Source: Eledone cirrhosa (lineage: Eukaryota). From it: a stretch of 64,000 bases of DNA. Made by a program: the position numbers and the translations under genes. The notes under the pieces are model-generated. The model was not told where the DNA came from, made no database searches, and worked only from the letters and a program-made list of their open reading frames with translations. Below are positions 1-14,089 of this stretch, piece by piece; position 1 is the stretch's first letter; every line of letters begins with the position of its first letter. The stretch is from assembly GCA_964016885.1 (NCBI GenBank), contig OZ024752.1, positions 48,298,001 to 48,362,000 on the forward strand, read 5' to 3'.

Positions 1-62
1 CTCTCTCTCTACATTATATATATATATATATATATATATATGCAGAGAGAGAGAGAGAGAGA

Positions 63-148
63 GAAATGGCTTCTACAGGACTAGAACTTTCCTGATGATT
101 TCTCCCGAATGAAACAGTTCTAGTCCCTGTAGAAGCCATTTCTATATT
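63..148 (+). mobile_element. Fold-back fragment of HHR-like/Penelope-like family F1
   Basis: gaaatggcttctacaggactagaact...agttctagtccctgtagaagccatttc inverted arms enclose CTGATGA-tttc-tccc-gaat-GAAAC; same family at 14131-14262, 18421-18616 and 61621-61750; flanked by microsatellites. Confidence 0.6.
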
Positions 149-522
149 ATATATATATACAAACATGTATCTATAAATACACATTGAAACACATACAGAA
201 ACTCACACATACACACACAGAGAAACACAGACACAGCCAAAAACACAGACACACACACACACAGACACACAATATAATCATATTTTATAGATAAAAAGGA
301 AAAAAAAGAAAAAAATGTCAAGTGCTATAAAATACTTAGTTGAGCAGCAGGCAATATCTATTGTGAAAAAACAACTGATTGAATTATTGCTTATTATTGC
401 TTATTCTACCTCCAACACCCCACGCCTCACCCTACACTGCACCTCACCCTTCACCATTAAACCATTCAATTGATTCATTAAACCAAAATCAACAACAAAA
501 GTAAACACTAAAATATATACAG

Positions 523-559
<37 letters not shown>

Positions 560-699
560 TAATATATATTATATATATATATGTATATATTAATATATAT
601 ATTATATATATCATATATATATATTATATATATATTATATATATCATATATATATATTATATATATCATATATATATATATGTATATATATATATATTT

Positions 700-756
<57 letters not shown>

Positions 757-1287
757 CATATATATTGCTTAAAAAAATTATAACAATGACTAAATAGAAA
801 AAAATAAAATATGAAATAAAAAAAAAACCACATCCAAAAATATACAAAATAATGAAAATATAATGAAAAATTAAAAATTAAAAATTAAAAATTAAAAAAA
901 AAATAATATAAGAATAAATAAATAAAAATATTTTAAAATAATAAAAAATAGAAAAAAAAATTACAGAATTTTTAATTATATTTTTTTTTGTTTTTTTTTC
1001 TCTCCCGAGTTTGTTATTACTTATTCTTGTTGTTGCTTGTTTTTTTGTTTTTATTTTCAACAATATTTGTTAAAAAGATATAATTTAATTGAAAATATTC
1101 ATCATCTATATATTTCATGGTCAATTGGTTCTGATAATTACTGATTTTAGCACTTCCTGTAAAGGTCAGTTATAAAAATTGATGAAAAATGGATTTCTTT
1201 TTTTTTAGTTACTGTGGCACCACAGCGAAGAGAGAGAGAATGAGATTCCATCCTTTTCCCAAACACTTTAACCCTTTTGATTACCCA

Positions 1288-1411
1288 GAAGGAGCAATGT
1301 GAAATAGAGTGTCTTGCTCAAGGACATAACACATCATCCAGCCCAGGCTTCGAACTCACAGCCTTATGATTGCAAATCCAATTCTCTAACCACTCAGCCA
1401 CACGCCTTCAC
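1288..1411 (-). mobile_element. tRNA-derived SINE 5' part (family A-like head)
   Basis: Reverse complement has A-box (TGGCTGAGTGG), B-box (GTTCGAAGCC) and ccttgagcaagacact core. Confidence 0.75.
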
Positions 1412-1430
1412 TGATATATATATATATACA

Positions 1431-1542
1431 GCTTAGCCGTTGGGGTCCTGACTCTTTTCCTATTACCCACTCTACTACCCTAAGTATCGAGTACTCTGGT
1501 GCGTTATGGTCCACCTGGTTCCTTACCACACTTTCTTTGTTA
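1431..1542 (+). mobile_element. Fragment of HHR-associated family F2
   Basis: Matches 18921-19040, 26704-26780 and 41973-42183 (ttacccactctactaccctaagtat...ggtccacctggttccttaccaca); between (TA)n runs. Confidence 0.7.
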
Positions 1543-1567
1543 AATACATATATATATATACATATAT

Positions 1568-2031
1568 GGTGGCTGCCAACTCGTTTCGAGTACGGCCACT
1601 ACTTTATATCCTGTAGGAGAACCCCTACCGATGCGCTGAACGAGTGTGACTTTTTAGTCCAGCCAGCGACTTGAAAACTCTGGTACAAACACTACACTTG
1701 TGACAATTATTGACACATAGTTCTGGGCCCATGGTACCATGTGATGACAAGTGCAGAGAGATCTCCAGATATAAAGCAATGCCTGTGTCGTGAAGCTTTT
1801 ATAGTGAGCAAAGGCACTGCACAAAGCCAGTCACACTCTCTTAACCAAGATGATATTTACCAAAAAGAAGAACAAGTCAACATCATTGGATACCATCAGG
1901 GTTGCAGGTGTTATATCAGAGTTTTCCTTCTAGAATTCTGCCTTGACAAAGGCTAAGGGGTCATCTTTCCCGTGATTTTGGATGGCCATTGACTCTTAAG
2001 AGCTCCTTTGCCCTTTGACAGGTTTTGTTTT
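1568..2031 (-). mobile_element. Dispersed repeat with possible decayed Penelope-like RT relic
   Basis: Near-identical copy at 61069-61391; minus frame reads DDPLAFVK...ITPATLMVSNDVDLFF (resembles PLE RT motif 'lvSfDVxsLFtn'), with stop codons; bounded by (TA)n. Confidence 0.45.
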
Positions 2032-2060
2032 TATATATATATATCTACATATATATATAT

Positions 2061-2397
2061 GGAGGTACATGCTTAGTGGTTAGAGCATTGGCCTTGCAAT
2101 CGAAAGGTTGTGAGTTCAATTCTCAGACCAGGTGATGTGTTGTTTCCTTGAGCAAGACACTTTATTTCACATTGCTCCAGTTTACTCAGCTGTAGAAATG
2201 AGATGATAGGGACTGGAGTCCTTATCATTCCACTGAAAAGTGGTCGTGGAGGTGCCACGTCAAAAAGGCACCCAGCACTCACTGTAAATGAGGTTGGTGT
2301 TAGGAAGGGCATCCAGCTGTAGAAATCAAGCCAGAATCAGTTCCCGTCTCACCCTTGCAAGCAGGGAAAAGCGAACGTAAAATGAAATGAAATGAAT
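2061..2397 (+). mobile_element. tRNA-derived SINE family A, full length
   Basis: A/B boxes, ccttgagcaagacactttatttcac core, internal hairpin gatagggact...cttatc, RTE-like 3' end cccttgcaagcagggaaaagcgaacgtaaaatgaaatg; copies at 12338, 39688 and 53138. Confidence 0.9.
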
Positions 2398-2399
2398 AT

Positions 2400-2460
<61 letters not shown>

Positions 2461-3030
2461 GTACATATATTATGGAATACTGTTGGCTTTTTGCTACAAT
2501 ATTTTCTATACCTTTCATTTATATATGTATATATATGTATATATATATATATAATATATATATATATATACACATATATATACACATATATAACAGTAAA
2601 AGGGACAGATAGACAACACTTCGCTTACAAGCAATATGTTTAATAATCCATTGGAGTCTGTCAAATGTTTCAAACCAATTGAGTCATCAGATATTACATA
2701 GCAATTACTCTGAAGCTATGACAAATGTCACAGTTTGAATGACCTGTAAAACTGACCTGCTGAAATACTTGTCCCCCAAATTAGGGAGAATATTTGTTAG
2801 TCTAGAATGAAACTAAATCTCATGAGAAAACCTCCATGTTGTAACAAATATGTCATTGTTACATTGTTATACACACATCATTTATTTAATAATTCCTAAC
2901 CACCTCTGAGGGATATTCAAAGAGTACCAAATACAAAGTCTGTGATTTTAAAGGCAGAGGTGACTGTCTCTTGAAGTATATGCTACTGAGAAGGTGTAAA
3001 GAAATAAACCATTTTTATTGGAAGGGGAAT

Positions 3031-3880
3031 GGAGGCACGTGGCCTAGTGGTAAGGGTATTGGACTTACGATCATGATGTCATAGGTTTGATTCTTGGACT
3101 GGGTTGTGTGTTGTGTTCTTGAGCAAAACACTTCATTTCATGTTGCTCCACTACACTCAGCTTAAAATGAGTACCAGCAATATCTGAGGGTTTGTGTTGT
3201 TCTTGAGCAAAACACTTCATTTCCTGCTGCTCCAGTACACTCAGCTGAAAATGAGTACCAGTAATAGCTGGGGGTTTGTGTTGTTCTTGAGCAAAACACT
3301 TCATTTCCTGCTGCTCCACTACACTCAGCTTAAAATGAGTACCAGCAATATCTGAGGGTTTGTGTTGTTCTTGAGCAAAACACTTCATTTCCTGCTGCTC
3401 CAGTACACTCAGGTGAAAATGAGTACCAGTAATAGCTGGGGGTTTGTGTTGTTCTTGAGCAAAACACTTCATTTCCTGCTGCTCCAGTACACTCAGCTGA
3501 AAATGAGTACCAGTAATATCTGAGGGTTTGTGTTGTTCTTGAGCAAAACACTCATTTCCTGCTGCTTCCACTACACTCAGGTGACAATGAGTACCAGTAA
3601 TAGCTGGGGGTTTGTGTTGTTCTTGAGCAAAACACTTCATTTCTGCTGCTCCAGTACACTCAGCTGAAATGAGTACCAGTAATATCTGAGGGTTTGTGTT
3701 GTTCTTGAGCAAAACACTTCATTTCCTGCTGTCCCAGTACACTCAGCTGAAAATGAGTACCAGTAATAGCTGGAGGTTTGTGTTGTTCTTGAGCAAAACA
3801 CTTCATTTCATGCTGCTCCACTACACTCAGCTGAAAATGAGTACCAGTAATAGCTGGGGTTTAACCCCATGATGGACTGA
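3031..3880 (+). repeat. SINE head followed by ~12 tandem copies of its ~60-bp central domain
   Basis: Unit gtttgtgttgttcttgagcaaaacacttcatttcctgctgctccagtacactcagctgaaaatgagtaccagtaatagctggg repeated ~3108-3860 after a tRNA-like head at 3031; explains the repetitive 213-aa ORF. Confidence 0.9.
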
Positions 3881-4154
3881 CATGAGGATGAAGATGATGA
3901 TGATGATGATCATCATCATAAATAATATTTATTTATCTATTCTTTAATTTTCATTATTTTGTTTTTTAAGTTCATTCTTTCAATGTGTTAGTAAAGATTA
4001 AAATACCAGTAATACAGTGGAGTCAATTAAATTGACTTCCCCTCCTCCCAAAATATTGTTGACCTTCTGCATAAAATCAAAAAGCGTTATATTAATAATG
4101 GTTTATTATATTTTTATCTTCAGATATATTTTTGGGTCTGGAAAACATATGTGA

Positions 4155-5470
4155 GAGAGAGAGTAAGGAGAGAGAGAGGGGAGAGGGGGAGATGGGGGGG
4201 GGGTAGAAGATGGTGAAAGCAAGAGAAAGACAAAACTTGAAAGAAGGGGAAAGAGAGGAAGTAGAGAGAGAGAGAGAGGAAACAAGGGAGAGAGGAAGAG
4301 AGAGAGCGAGAGAAAAAAAGAGGCAGAAGAGAGAGGAAGAGGGAGAAGAAGAAGGGGAGAGAGAGAGGAAGAGGGAGAAGAAGAAGGGGAGAGAGAGAGG
4401 AAGAGAGAGAGAAAGAGAGAGAGGAAGAGAGCAAGAGAGAGGTAAAGAGAGAGGAAAAGAGACAGGAAGGAGAGAGGAAGAGAGAGAGAGGGCGGAAGAG
4501 AGAGAGAGAGAGAGAGAGAGGAAGAGAGCGAGAAAGGTAGAGAGACAGAAAGAAGGAGGAAGAAGGGAAGAGAGAGAGAGAAACAAATAAAATACCCCCA
4601 TCACCATCCTCCACCATTTCCCCCCCTCACTTTTTTCACAACTGATAAAACAACAACAACAACAACAACAATAGAAAGCCGGCCCCTAAAAAAGGAAAGA
4701 AAAGCAAAATTCTAACCGAATCCTGGAAAACCTCAAAAGATCAAAGACTCAACTCATTGCTCTCTTATTTGCTCATATTTTTACCCCAGTGGCCAACATA
4801 ACATCTACGGCAGTAAGAGCAGTGGTGGTGCTGGTGGTGTGATTATGGTGTGGTGGTGGTGGTGGTGACAGTGGTGGTGGTGGTGACAGTGGTGGTGGTG
4901 ACAGTGGTGGTGTGATTATGGTGTGTGTGTGGTGGTGGTGTTGGGTGGTGGTGGTGGTGGTGGTGACAGGGGTGGTGGTGGTGCTGGTGACAGTGTGGTG
5001 TGATTATGGTGTGTGTGTGGTGGTGGTGGTGGGGGGTTGGGGGGGGGGGGGGTGACAGTGGTGGTGTGGTGGTGGTGGTGACAGTGGTGGTGGTGGTGGT
5101 GTGGTGGTGGTGGTGGTGACAGTGGTGGTGTGATTATGGTGTGTGTGTGTGTGGTGGTGGTGGTGGTGTGGTGGTGGTGGTGTGGTGGTAGTGTGTGGTG
5201 GTGGTGGTGTGGTGGTGGTGGTGGTGGTGGTGGTGGCAATGACAAAATGGCATGAGATAGAGAGAGATGTATGGGAGGAAAGGAGTAAGAGGAGAAGATG
5301 GAGAGATGGACGGAAGAAGTAGAAGACAAAGAAGAAGAAGAAGAAGATGAAGAAGAAGAAGACAAATAATAATAATAACAATAACAATAATAATAATAAT
5401 AATAATAATAATAAGAAGAAGAAGACGAAGAAGACGAAAAAGAAGAAGAAGGACAAAAAAGAAGAAGCAG
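4155..5470. repeat. Low-complexity GA-rich, (GGT)n, (GAA)n and (AAT)n tracts
   Basis: Direct inspection. Confidence 0.9.
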
Positions 5471-5486
5471 AATGATAAGAAGAAAA

Positions 5487-5592
5487 TAATTGTTCTACTT
5501 TTGGGACAAGGCCAGCAATTACCCCAGTGAATTACTGTACTTTATTTATCAACCCTGTAAAGATGAAAGGCAAAGGTTAACCTCAACGGGAT
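5487..5592 (-). mobile_element. SINE family B, 3' fragment
   Basis: attgttctacttttgggacaaggccagcaattacccc...gatgaaaggcaaaggttaacctc matches family B. Confidence 0.8.
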
Positions 5593-6993
5593 AAGAAGAA
5601 AATAATAAGATGATGATGATGATGATGATGATGATGAAAAAAAAAAATAATAAAACTGAAGAAGAGTGAGATGATGTGTTAGCAAAGAACTAGACATCTT
5701 TCTGGGGGGTTTTTGGTCTTTTTTTTTTGGGGGGGGGGTTTGTTTCCATTGAACAAATTACTTAAAATGACGAAATTACATATGGCAAGTGAGAGGATGG
5801 CAGTGAGGACGATGTGGTCAACAGCTTAGAAATGACGGTTTAATGGACGGGGATGTTTTTTGTCATTGTTGGTTATATATGTGTGTGGTGTGGTGGGTGG
5901 TGTTGTTGTTTATATGTGTGTGTGTGTGTGTTTTCTTCTAATTGTTGTTGTTGTTGTTTATATATGTGTGTGTGTGTGTGTTGCTTTTTCATTTTTGTTG
6001 TTGCTGTTTGTTGTTGTTGTTTATGTGTGTGTTTTTATTTTTTCATTTTTTGTTGTTGCTTGTGTGTGTGTGTGTGCGTGTTGTTTTTTCATTGTTGTTG
6101 TTGTTTATGTGGTGTGTGTGTGTTGTTTTCTTCTCATTTTTGTTGTTGTTGTTGTTGTTGTTGATGATGATGGGGTAGGGTGTGTGGGGTGTTGAGGTAG
6201 GGACAGAAATATCCTGACTTGTATTGTTTTGTATTGTGTTGTTTCGTTTTGTTTTGTATTGTGTTGTTTTGTTTTGTTTTCGGTGTAAAAAAAAAAACAA
6301 ACAAAAAACAAAACAAAATAAAGACATACACAAATGAAATAAATATATAAATAAAATAAAACATAATAAAATAAAAATAAATATAAATGAAATAAAAATA
6401 ATCAGCCTGGAGGGCACGGCATGACACGATGTGGCATGGCGTGTCAAAGGAGTTTCCTTTTACACACCGAACAGTGGCGAGTAAAGGGGTAGGTGGTGGT
6501 GGTAGTGGTGGTGGTGGTGTTGCAGAGAAGAAGGGGAAAAAATGAGAAAGAGAAAAAAAAAATCTAGAGAGAAAAGAGAAAAGGAGAGAGTGTGAGAGAG
6601 AACCAAGCTACTGACAGACTGACAAAGAGAGAGAGAGAGAGAGAGGGTGGGGGAAAGAGAAGGTGCCAGACATATTTAGAGAGAAAGGGAGAGAGAAGAG
6701 GCTAGACATACTGACAGAGAGAGAGAGACGGGTCCAGACATAAAGAGAGAGAGAAGGAGAGAGCAGGAGAGAAGAGAGAGCAGGAGAGAAAGAGAGCAGG
6801 AGACATATATATATATATAGAGAGAGAGAAAGCAGGAGAGAGATAAAGAGACAGACATACAGGAAGAGAGCGAGAGTGAGAGAGAAATTAACAAAGACTG
6901 AGAGAGATAAAGAAAGAAAAAAGTGAGACAGATTAAAAGTATTATATATATGCATGTGTATGTATGTGCATATGTGTGTTGTGTGAGAGAGAG

Positions 6994-7097
<104 letters not shown>

Positions 7098-7110
7098 CAG
7101 AAGAGAGAGG

Positions 7111-7167
<57 letters not shown>

Positions 7168-7208
7168 AGAGAGAGAGAGAGAGACTAAGAGAGAGAGAGA
7201 GAGAGAGA

Positions 7209-7240
<32 letters not shown>

Positions 7241-8864
7241 AGGGAGGGAGAGGGAGAGAGGGACTAAGAAATCAGGGTTGGGCGTATATTTTAGCCACTT
7301 TTTTTTGTCGGGATTTTGTTTTGCATCCACATCTTTATAATTGTTATTGTTGTCATTGTCATTGTTTCGTAACTTTGTTGTTGTTGCTTTGGTTTTTATT
7401 TTCGGCTTTCTGTTTTTGTTTTATTTTCTGGTTTTTGTTGTTGATGCTGTTATTGTTTCGTAACTTTGTTGCTGTTGCTTTTGTTTTTATTTTCTGGTTT
7501 TTGTGTTTGTCTTTTATTCTCTTCCGGAATCGGCATGAAACATGAAGAAACCACAAAGCCATGACGTGTTGCCTTTTGTTAGGAATTACATAACCTGATA
7601 TAAACCACAGGATTGCTGGAGAATAGTCTCTGGTGGAATTATCTTACCAATTATGTGGATGGAGAGATATTGTGGGGCAGCAGTGGTGGTGGTGGTGGTT
7701 GGGGTCGTAGTTTTTGAGGGTGGTAGTGGTAGTGTTGTGGGGGGGGGGTTGTAGTGGTGGTGGTGGTTGTAGTGGTGGTGGTGGTTGTTGTTGGGGTGGT
7801 GGTAGTGTTGATGGTGGTTGGGGTGGTGGTGGTGCTGGTTGGAGGAGGGGGGATTGTAGCTGAAGTGGTGATTGGGGTGGTTGTTGGGGTGGTGGTGATG
7901 GTGGTGTGGCATGTTGTGATGATGAAATGGGTGGTGTGGTGGTGGTGGTGATGAAGTGGGTGGTGTTGATGTTAGAGAGAGAGAGAGATAAATGATGGAA
8001 GGCAAAGGGATGGATGTAGGAAAAAAACCCCATTAAAACAAGGTTAAAGATAGAAAAATAGAAACCTGTTCTTATGTATGAAATAAAATGAACTGGGATC
8101 ACAAACAGGGGGGGGGGGGTACAGGGAGATTTACAGGGGTGGGGAGTTACGGGGGGGGAGGTTACAGGAGAGAGTTACAGTGGAGGGGGTAGAAGTGTGG
8201 ACAGAGAAGGTTTTATACAGCTTGATAAAAATGGCCCCCCCAAAAAAACATATGAAAAACAAATTAAATCCTTATTGTTTTCCACTTCCACACCTCCCCC
8301 CTTCACACTCCCAGTTACCCCACCCATATGCCCCTTCACTTCACCCAGTATCAATTCTCACTCACACTCTTCACTCCCACCCCCCTCCCAACAAATCATC
8401 CTTTTCACTCTCCCTGCTTCACTTCACTCTCCTGGTCACCATTCCATTCACACCTTACACCAACCCACCTCTATCTCTCCCACACACATCAGCTCCACAT
8501 GTCCCCTTAACCCCCCCCCCCAAATAACCCTTTCACTCTCCCTGTCCCACTCACAACCTTCACTCTCCCTGTCCCACTCACAGCCTTCACTCACCCTGTC
8601 CCACTCACAGCCTTCACTCACCCCGTCCCACTCACACCCTTCACTCCTCTGGTCACCATTCCATTCACACCTTACACCAACCCGACTCTCTCTCTCCCAC
8701 ACACATCAGCCTCAGCATACCCCCCCACACCTTTTACTCCCATACCCACCCCACCGCAGCCCCACCCTCTATAAATAAGCACAAAAATGAAATAAATAAA
8801 AATCTGCGAACTTCCTTAATTTTTGGTTTAGATAAAACATATTCCATGCCCTTTTTCACCTCTT

Positions 8865-9250
8865 TAGTGCTGGTACCACAATAAAATACACCCAGTACAC
8901 TCTGTAAAGTGGTAGTGCTGGTGCCACAATAAAATACACCCAGTACACTCTGTAAAGTGGTAGTGCCCGTGCCACAATAAAATACACCCAGTACACTCTG
9001 TAAAGTGGTAGTGCTGGTGCCACAATAAAATACACCCAGTACACTCTGTAAAGTGGTAGTGCCCGTGCCACAATAAAATACACCCAGTACATTCTGTAAA
9101 GTGGTAGTGCCGGTGCCACAATAAAATACACCCAGTACATTCTGTAAAGTGGTAGTGCTGGTACCACAATAAAATACACTCAGTACACTCTGTAAAGTGG
9201 TAGTGCTGGTGCCACAATAAAATACACCCAATACACTCTGTAAAGTGCCA
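8865..9250 (+). repeat. 48-bp minisatellite (~8 units) derived from a SINE body module
   Basis: Unit gtgctggtgccacaataaaatacacccagtacactctgtaaagtggta; similar to the SINE segment gtgccacg..aaaaagcacccagcacactgtaaa. Confidence 0.9.
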
Positions 9251-9668
9251 ACCACTTTTCAGGGTGTACTGGGTGCATTTTTAATCATGGCACTGGCACT
9301 AGAGAAGTCATCATGTCCCTGACATAACTGAAAAAAAACTCTTAACACTTTCTTCGTTAAGTTTTTTTTACAGTTGAAGGCTTTTCACAATGCCAACCAC
9401 TTTACAGAGTGTACTGGGTGCATTTTCTGAGACAGTGGTAGTAGAGAAAAGTTGCCATATCCATGATGTCACTGTATATGGTAAGTATAACTAAGATCTG
9501 CCACAAACAGACACATCTGGCGGATATTATGATGTACTGAAAGACACTTACAAGAATATAAATAAATGAACTAATTAAATGTAATTTTATTTTTCAAACT
9601 AATTACAATGAAATTAGGAGACGATGTGTTGTTATTGTTTTTTTCTCTTGCTCCTTCAAATATTTCTT

Positions 9669-9703
<35 letters not shown>

Positions 9704-9758
9704 GTGTGTGTGTATAAATATATATATATATATATATATATCAAAAACATTGCAAAAA

Positions 9759-9800
<42 letters not shown>

Positions 9801-10078
9801 ATGTGTAGATGTATGTATATATATATATAAGTATATATATATAGGTATATATATATGTGTGTGTGTGTGTATAGATGTATGTATATATATATATAAGTAT
9901 ATATATGTGCGTGTGTGTGTAGATGTATGTATATATATTTTCTAATTTTATTTCATCTCCTAATTATTCTAACCAAGCAAAAAAAAACGACAAAAAAAAA
10001 GACAACATATTTTGATAAATGAATGGATGTTTAAATTTATATATATAACTTTCTGTGTGTGGGTGTATATATAAATAA

Positions 10079-10124
<46 letters not shown>

Positions 10125-10443
10125 CAAGTGTGGGTGTGTACACCTGTATGTAGCTAAGTATATGTTTGTGTGGTACGCATAAAAGTATGTATGTAGATAA
10201 GTTTGTATGTTTATAAATAAGTACACAAAAGTGTACATATGAATGTTTATATATATAATGTATGTATATAAGTATATGTATATGTAAATGTATGTATATA
10301 TATATATATAGAGAGAGATTTTTGGAAATATATGAAAATAGAAAATTTCTCCCAATCAGTAAATATTTGATTCAGTTCTATACTGAGTCAGCTCATATAT
10401 TTCTTCTTTCATCTAATTTAAAGTAATATATAAATGCTGATAG

Positions 10444-10491
<48 letters not shown>

Positions 10492-10826
10492 CAAAAACAA
10501 CAACAATCAACTAATTTGATTGATGCATACATATATACATATATACATATATACATACGCATATGTAAATACACATATATATGTACACATACATACACAC
10601 ACATATATATATATACACATACATACACACACATATATATATATATATATACACATATATATATATACATACATATATACATACATATATATATAAATAT
10701 ATATATACATACATATATATACACAAATATATATACATACATAAATACATATATACATATACATACATATATACATATATATATATATACATACATATAT
10801 ATATATATATACATATATATGTACAC

Positions 10827-10861
<35 letters not shown>

Positions 10862-10892
10862 TATACACATACATATATATATACATACATAA

Positions 10893-10949
<57 letters not shown>

Positions 10950-11251
10950 TACATACACACACACATATATATATAAATATATATAGATATATATATATAT
11001 ATGCATGCATATGTGTGTGTCGGTTTATAATTATTCACTGCACTGTCATAATAAGGTGTATAATTATAAATTCCCACCTGTGTAAATAAATACACAGGTA
11101 AGTAGAGAGGTAGGTAAGGGAGGTAATCAAGCAGGTAGGTAGGTAAAATGATGGAAACATATACAACAGCCCAAATCTAAGTACAAACACACATATACAC
11201 CTAAAAATCAATCAAGAAGGAATTGAAAAAAGTGGATTAAAATATAATGAA

Positions 11252-11284
<33 letters not shown>

Positions 11285-11285
<1 letters not shown>

Positions 11286-11530
11286 TGAATGAAGTAATTC
11301 CATCGGAAAAGTCCAGGAAAAAAGAGTGCTCTATGTAGGCAACAGAGCTTAATTATTATTATTATGTAATAAACAACATAAGGCAATTATTCCATTTACC
11401 AGTGGTTTCTTAAAAGCAAAAGGTTTTGCTTTCAATCCTCAGAATGAAAAAATCCTGGTTTGTTTATTGAATTTGGATTTTAAAATCCAAATGGAATAAT
11501 TGCCTTATGTTGTTTATTACATAATAATAA
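11285..11530 (-). mobile_element. Fold-back island with minimal HHR-like motif in the spacer
   Basis: Inverted arms ~11356-11397 / 11489-11530; minus strand 11414-11442 reads CTGAGGA-TT-GAAA-GCAAAA-cc-TTTTGC-TT; flanked by (TA)n. Confidence 0.5.
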
Positions 11531-12279
11531 TATATATATATATATATATACAGACATACATATATATATATATATTTATATATATATATATATTTATATA
11601 TATATAAACATACATATACATTTATATATATATATATACATACATCTTGATCTTTTATAATGTATATACATGTGTGTATATGTGCATTTATACATACATG
11701 TATGCATAAACACTGACAGACATATGTTAAGATGCATTTGCCAAATTAGAAATTATAATAAATATACTTATATTTGATATATATATATATATACTATACC
11801 CCCCACCTAGTATGATGTGATCATTTCAGATAATTTATTGTTAGCATTGTTGATATAGTTGTTATTGTTCTAACTGAATGCCATTACTACTTCATATAGT
11901 AGCCTGTATATTCCTTTCATGCCTGTATATTCTCTTCATTCTCGCAAGCTCCGAAGAACTGACTGGTTATAATTTTGTATTGGCGATCGAGTAACGTGAA
12001 AACAAGCGGATAGCGATCTCTAGACATACCAGTTCAGAGAAACAATTGTCAGCAATGAGATTAAAAACCTTTTTTGTATAGCAAACCGTGTCAATCTTCT
12101 TTCCTGATTTATTATTACTCCAAGTGTTTACAACATAGGAATTACAGCGTACTCGCAGCATCACTATGGAAATGCCTTGTTGAGTCAAACCAAGCCAAGC
12201 GTTGATATCATCCACTACCCGGAGTACCATAACTGGACTACACCTAAGTGGATTGCATATAACTATTATTTGTTACCCC

Positions 12280-12337
<58 letters not shown>

Positions 12338-12339
<2 letters not shown>

Positions 12340-12679
12340 CATCATCATCATCTCATTTTAACGTCCGCTTTTCCCTGCTTGCAAGGGTGGGACGGGAACT
12401 GATTCTGGCTTGATTTCTACAGCTGGATGCCCTTCCTAACACCAACCTCATTTACAGTGAGTGCTGGGTGCTTTTTTTCCGTGGCACCTGCACGACCACT
12501 TTGCAGTGGAATGATAGGGACCCCAGTCCCTATCATCTCATTTCTACAGCTGAGTAAACTGGAGCAACGTGAAATAAAGTGTCTTGCTCAAGGAAACAAC
12601 ACATCACCCGGTCTGAGAATTGAACTCACAACCTTTCGATTGCAAGCCCAATGCTCTAACCACTAAGCCATGTGCCTTC
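12338..12679 (-). mobile_element. SINE family A, full length
   Basis: Reverse complement of 2061-2397 at high identity. Confidence 0.9.
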
Positions 12680-12956
12680 ACTAATCATGTAATCATGGTT
12701 GGAACCCTTTTGGCGATAGGTCAACTTGACCGGAACTGACCCGTGGCTAAACAAGATAAGAAGTCTGCTTCATTGTCAACAGCAAGTTTACAATTGTCAC
12801 CTCCATCATTTTAATGTGTCTTTCCATGCTAGCTTTAGGTGGACATCAAATCTCTTTTCTGCAATCTTTTCTCTGGTTAGATGCTATAACTGACATCAGC
12901 ACTTAGCTTATTATAGTATGATAGATATATATATGATATATATATGTATATATACT

Positions 12957-13000
<44 letters not shown>

Positions 13001-13001
13001 T

Positions 13002-13052
<51 letters not shown>

Positions 13053-13109
13053 GAAATATATATTATGAAAAACTGATGGCTTCTTGCTCACAATAATTTC
13101 TATATTTTC

Positions 13110-13192
<83 letters not shown>

Positions 13193-13509
13193 TTGTATAT
13201 ATATATATATATATAAGTACACATATATATATATATATTTATAAGTACACACGCACACACATATATATGTATATATATATATATAGGTACACATATATAT
13301 ACTGGTAAACTGCAGTGCTGTCGGGTACATTGTTTATGAGAGACATAAACAAATGTCACCACAGGCTTTAAATAGTGTCAATATGACATTCAGTGTGACT
13401 AGTATATACACACACATACACAGACAGAGAGAGACACATGTATATTATATATACATGCAGGATATATATAGATAAAAGGTTGAGCAAAACAATGCTCAAT
13501 ATATATATA

Positions 13510-13690
13510 TGGCGGTGGATTGGGAGTATCGGTAGAGGGTCGGACGCCATGCTTTCCAGCATAGTTACGTCCCTTTATGATCTGAGTTCAAATCCAGCCG
13601 AGGTTGACTTTGCCTTTCATCCTTACGGGGTCGATAAAATAAAGTACCAGTAATGCACTGGGTGATTGCTGGCCTTGTGCCTAAAGTAGA

Positions 13691-13697
<7 letters not shown>
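13510..13697 (+). mobile_element. tRNA-derived SINE family B (~190 bp)
   Basis: ggcggtggattgg...gagttcaaatcc (B-box)...ctttcatccttacggggtcgataaaataaagtaccag...aagtagaaacaa; more than 15 copies in window. Confidence 0.9.
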
Positions 13698-13735
<38 letters not shown>

Positions 13736-13928
13736 TTATCATTCTACGTCCACTTATCCCTGCTTGTATGTATATATATATATATATATATATGTATATA
13801 AATATATATATACATAAATATATATATACATAAATATATCTATACATATATAAGCATATATATATATATACACATATATATATATACATATAAGCATATA
13901 TATACATATATAAGCATATATATATACA

Positions 13929-14051
13929 CGGAAAAAATGAAACGAAATTTCATTTCTCACTCTTAGTACGGTTGTTACTTAAATATATATATATATATAT
14001 GTATATATATATGTGTGTGTGTGTATGTGTGTGTGTGTCTGTGTGTGTGCA

Positions 14052-14089
<38 letters not shown>

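Noticed and set aside
2655-2695. Minus-strand CTGATGA...GAAAC motif
   Set aside because: Stem II and stem I do not pair and the NUH site reads GAC; at best a decayed relic
3071-3712. 213-aa repetitive ORF
   Set aside because: Arises from the SINE-derived ~60-bp minisatellite
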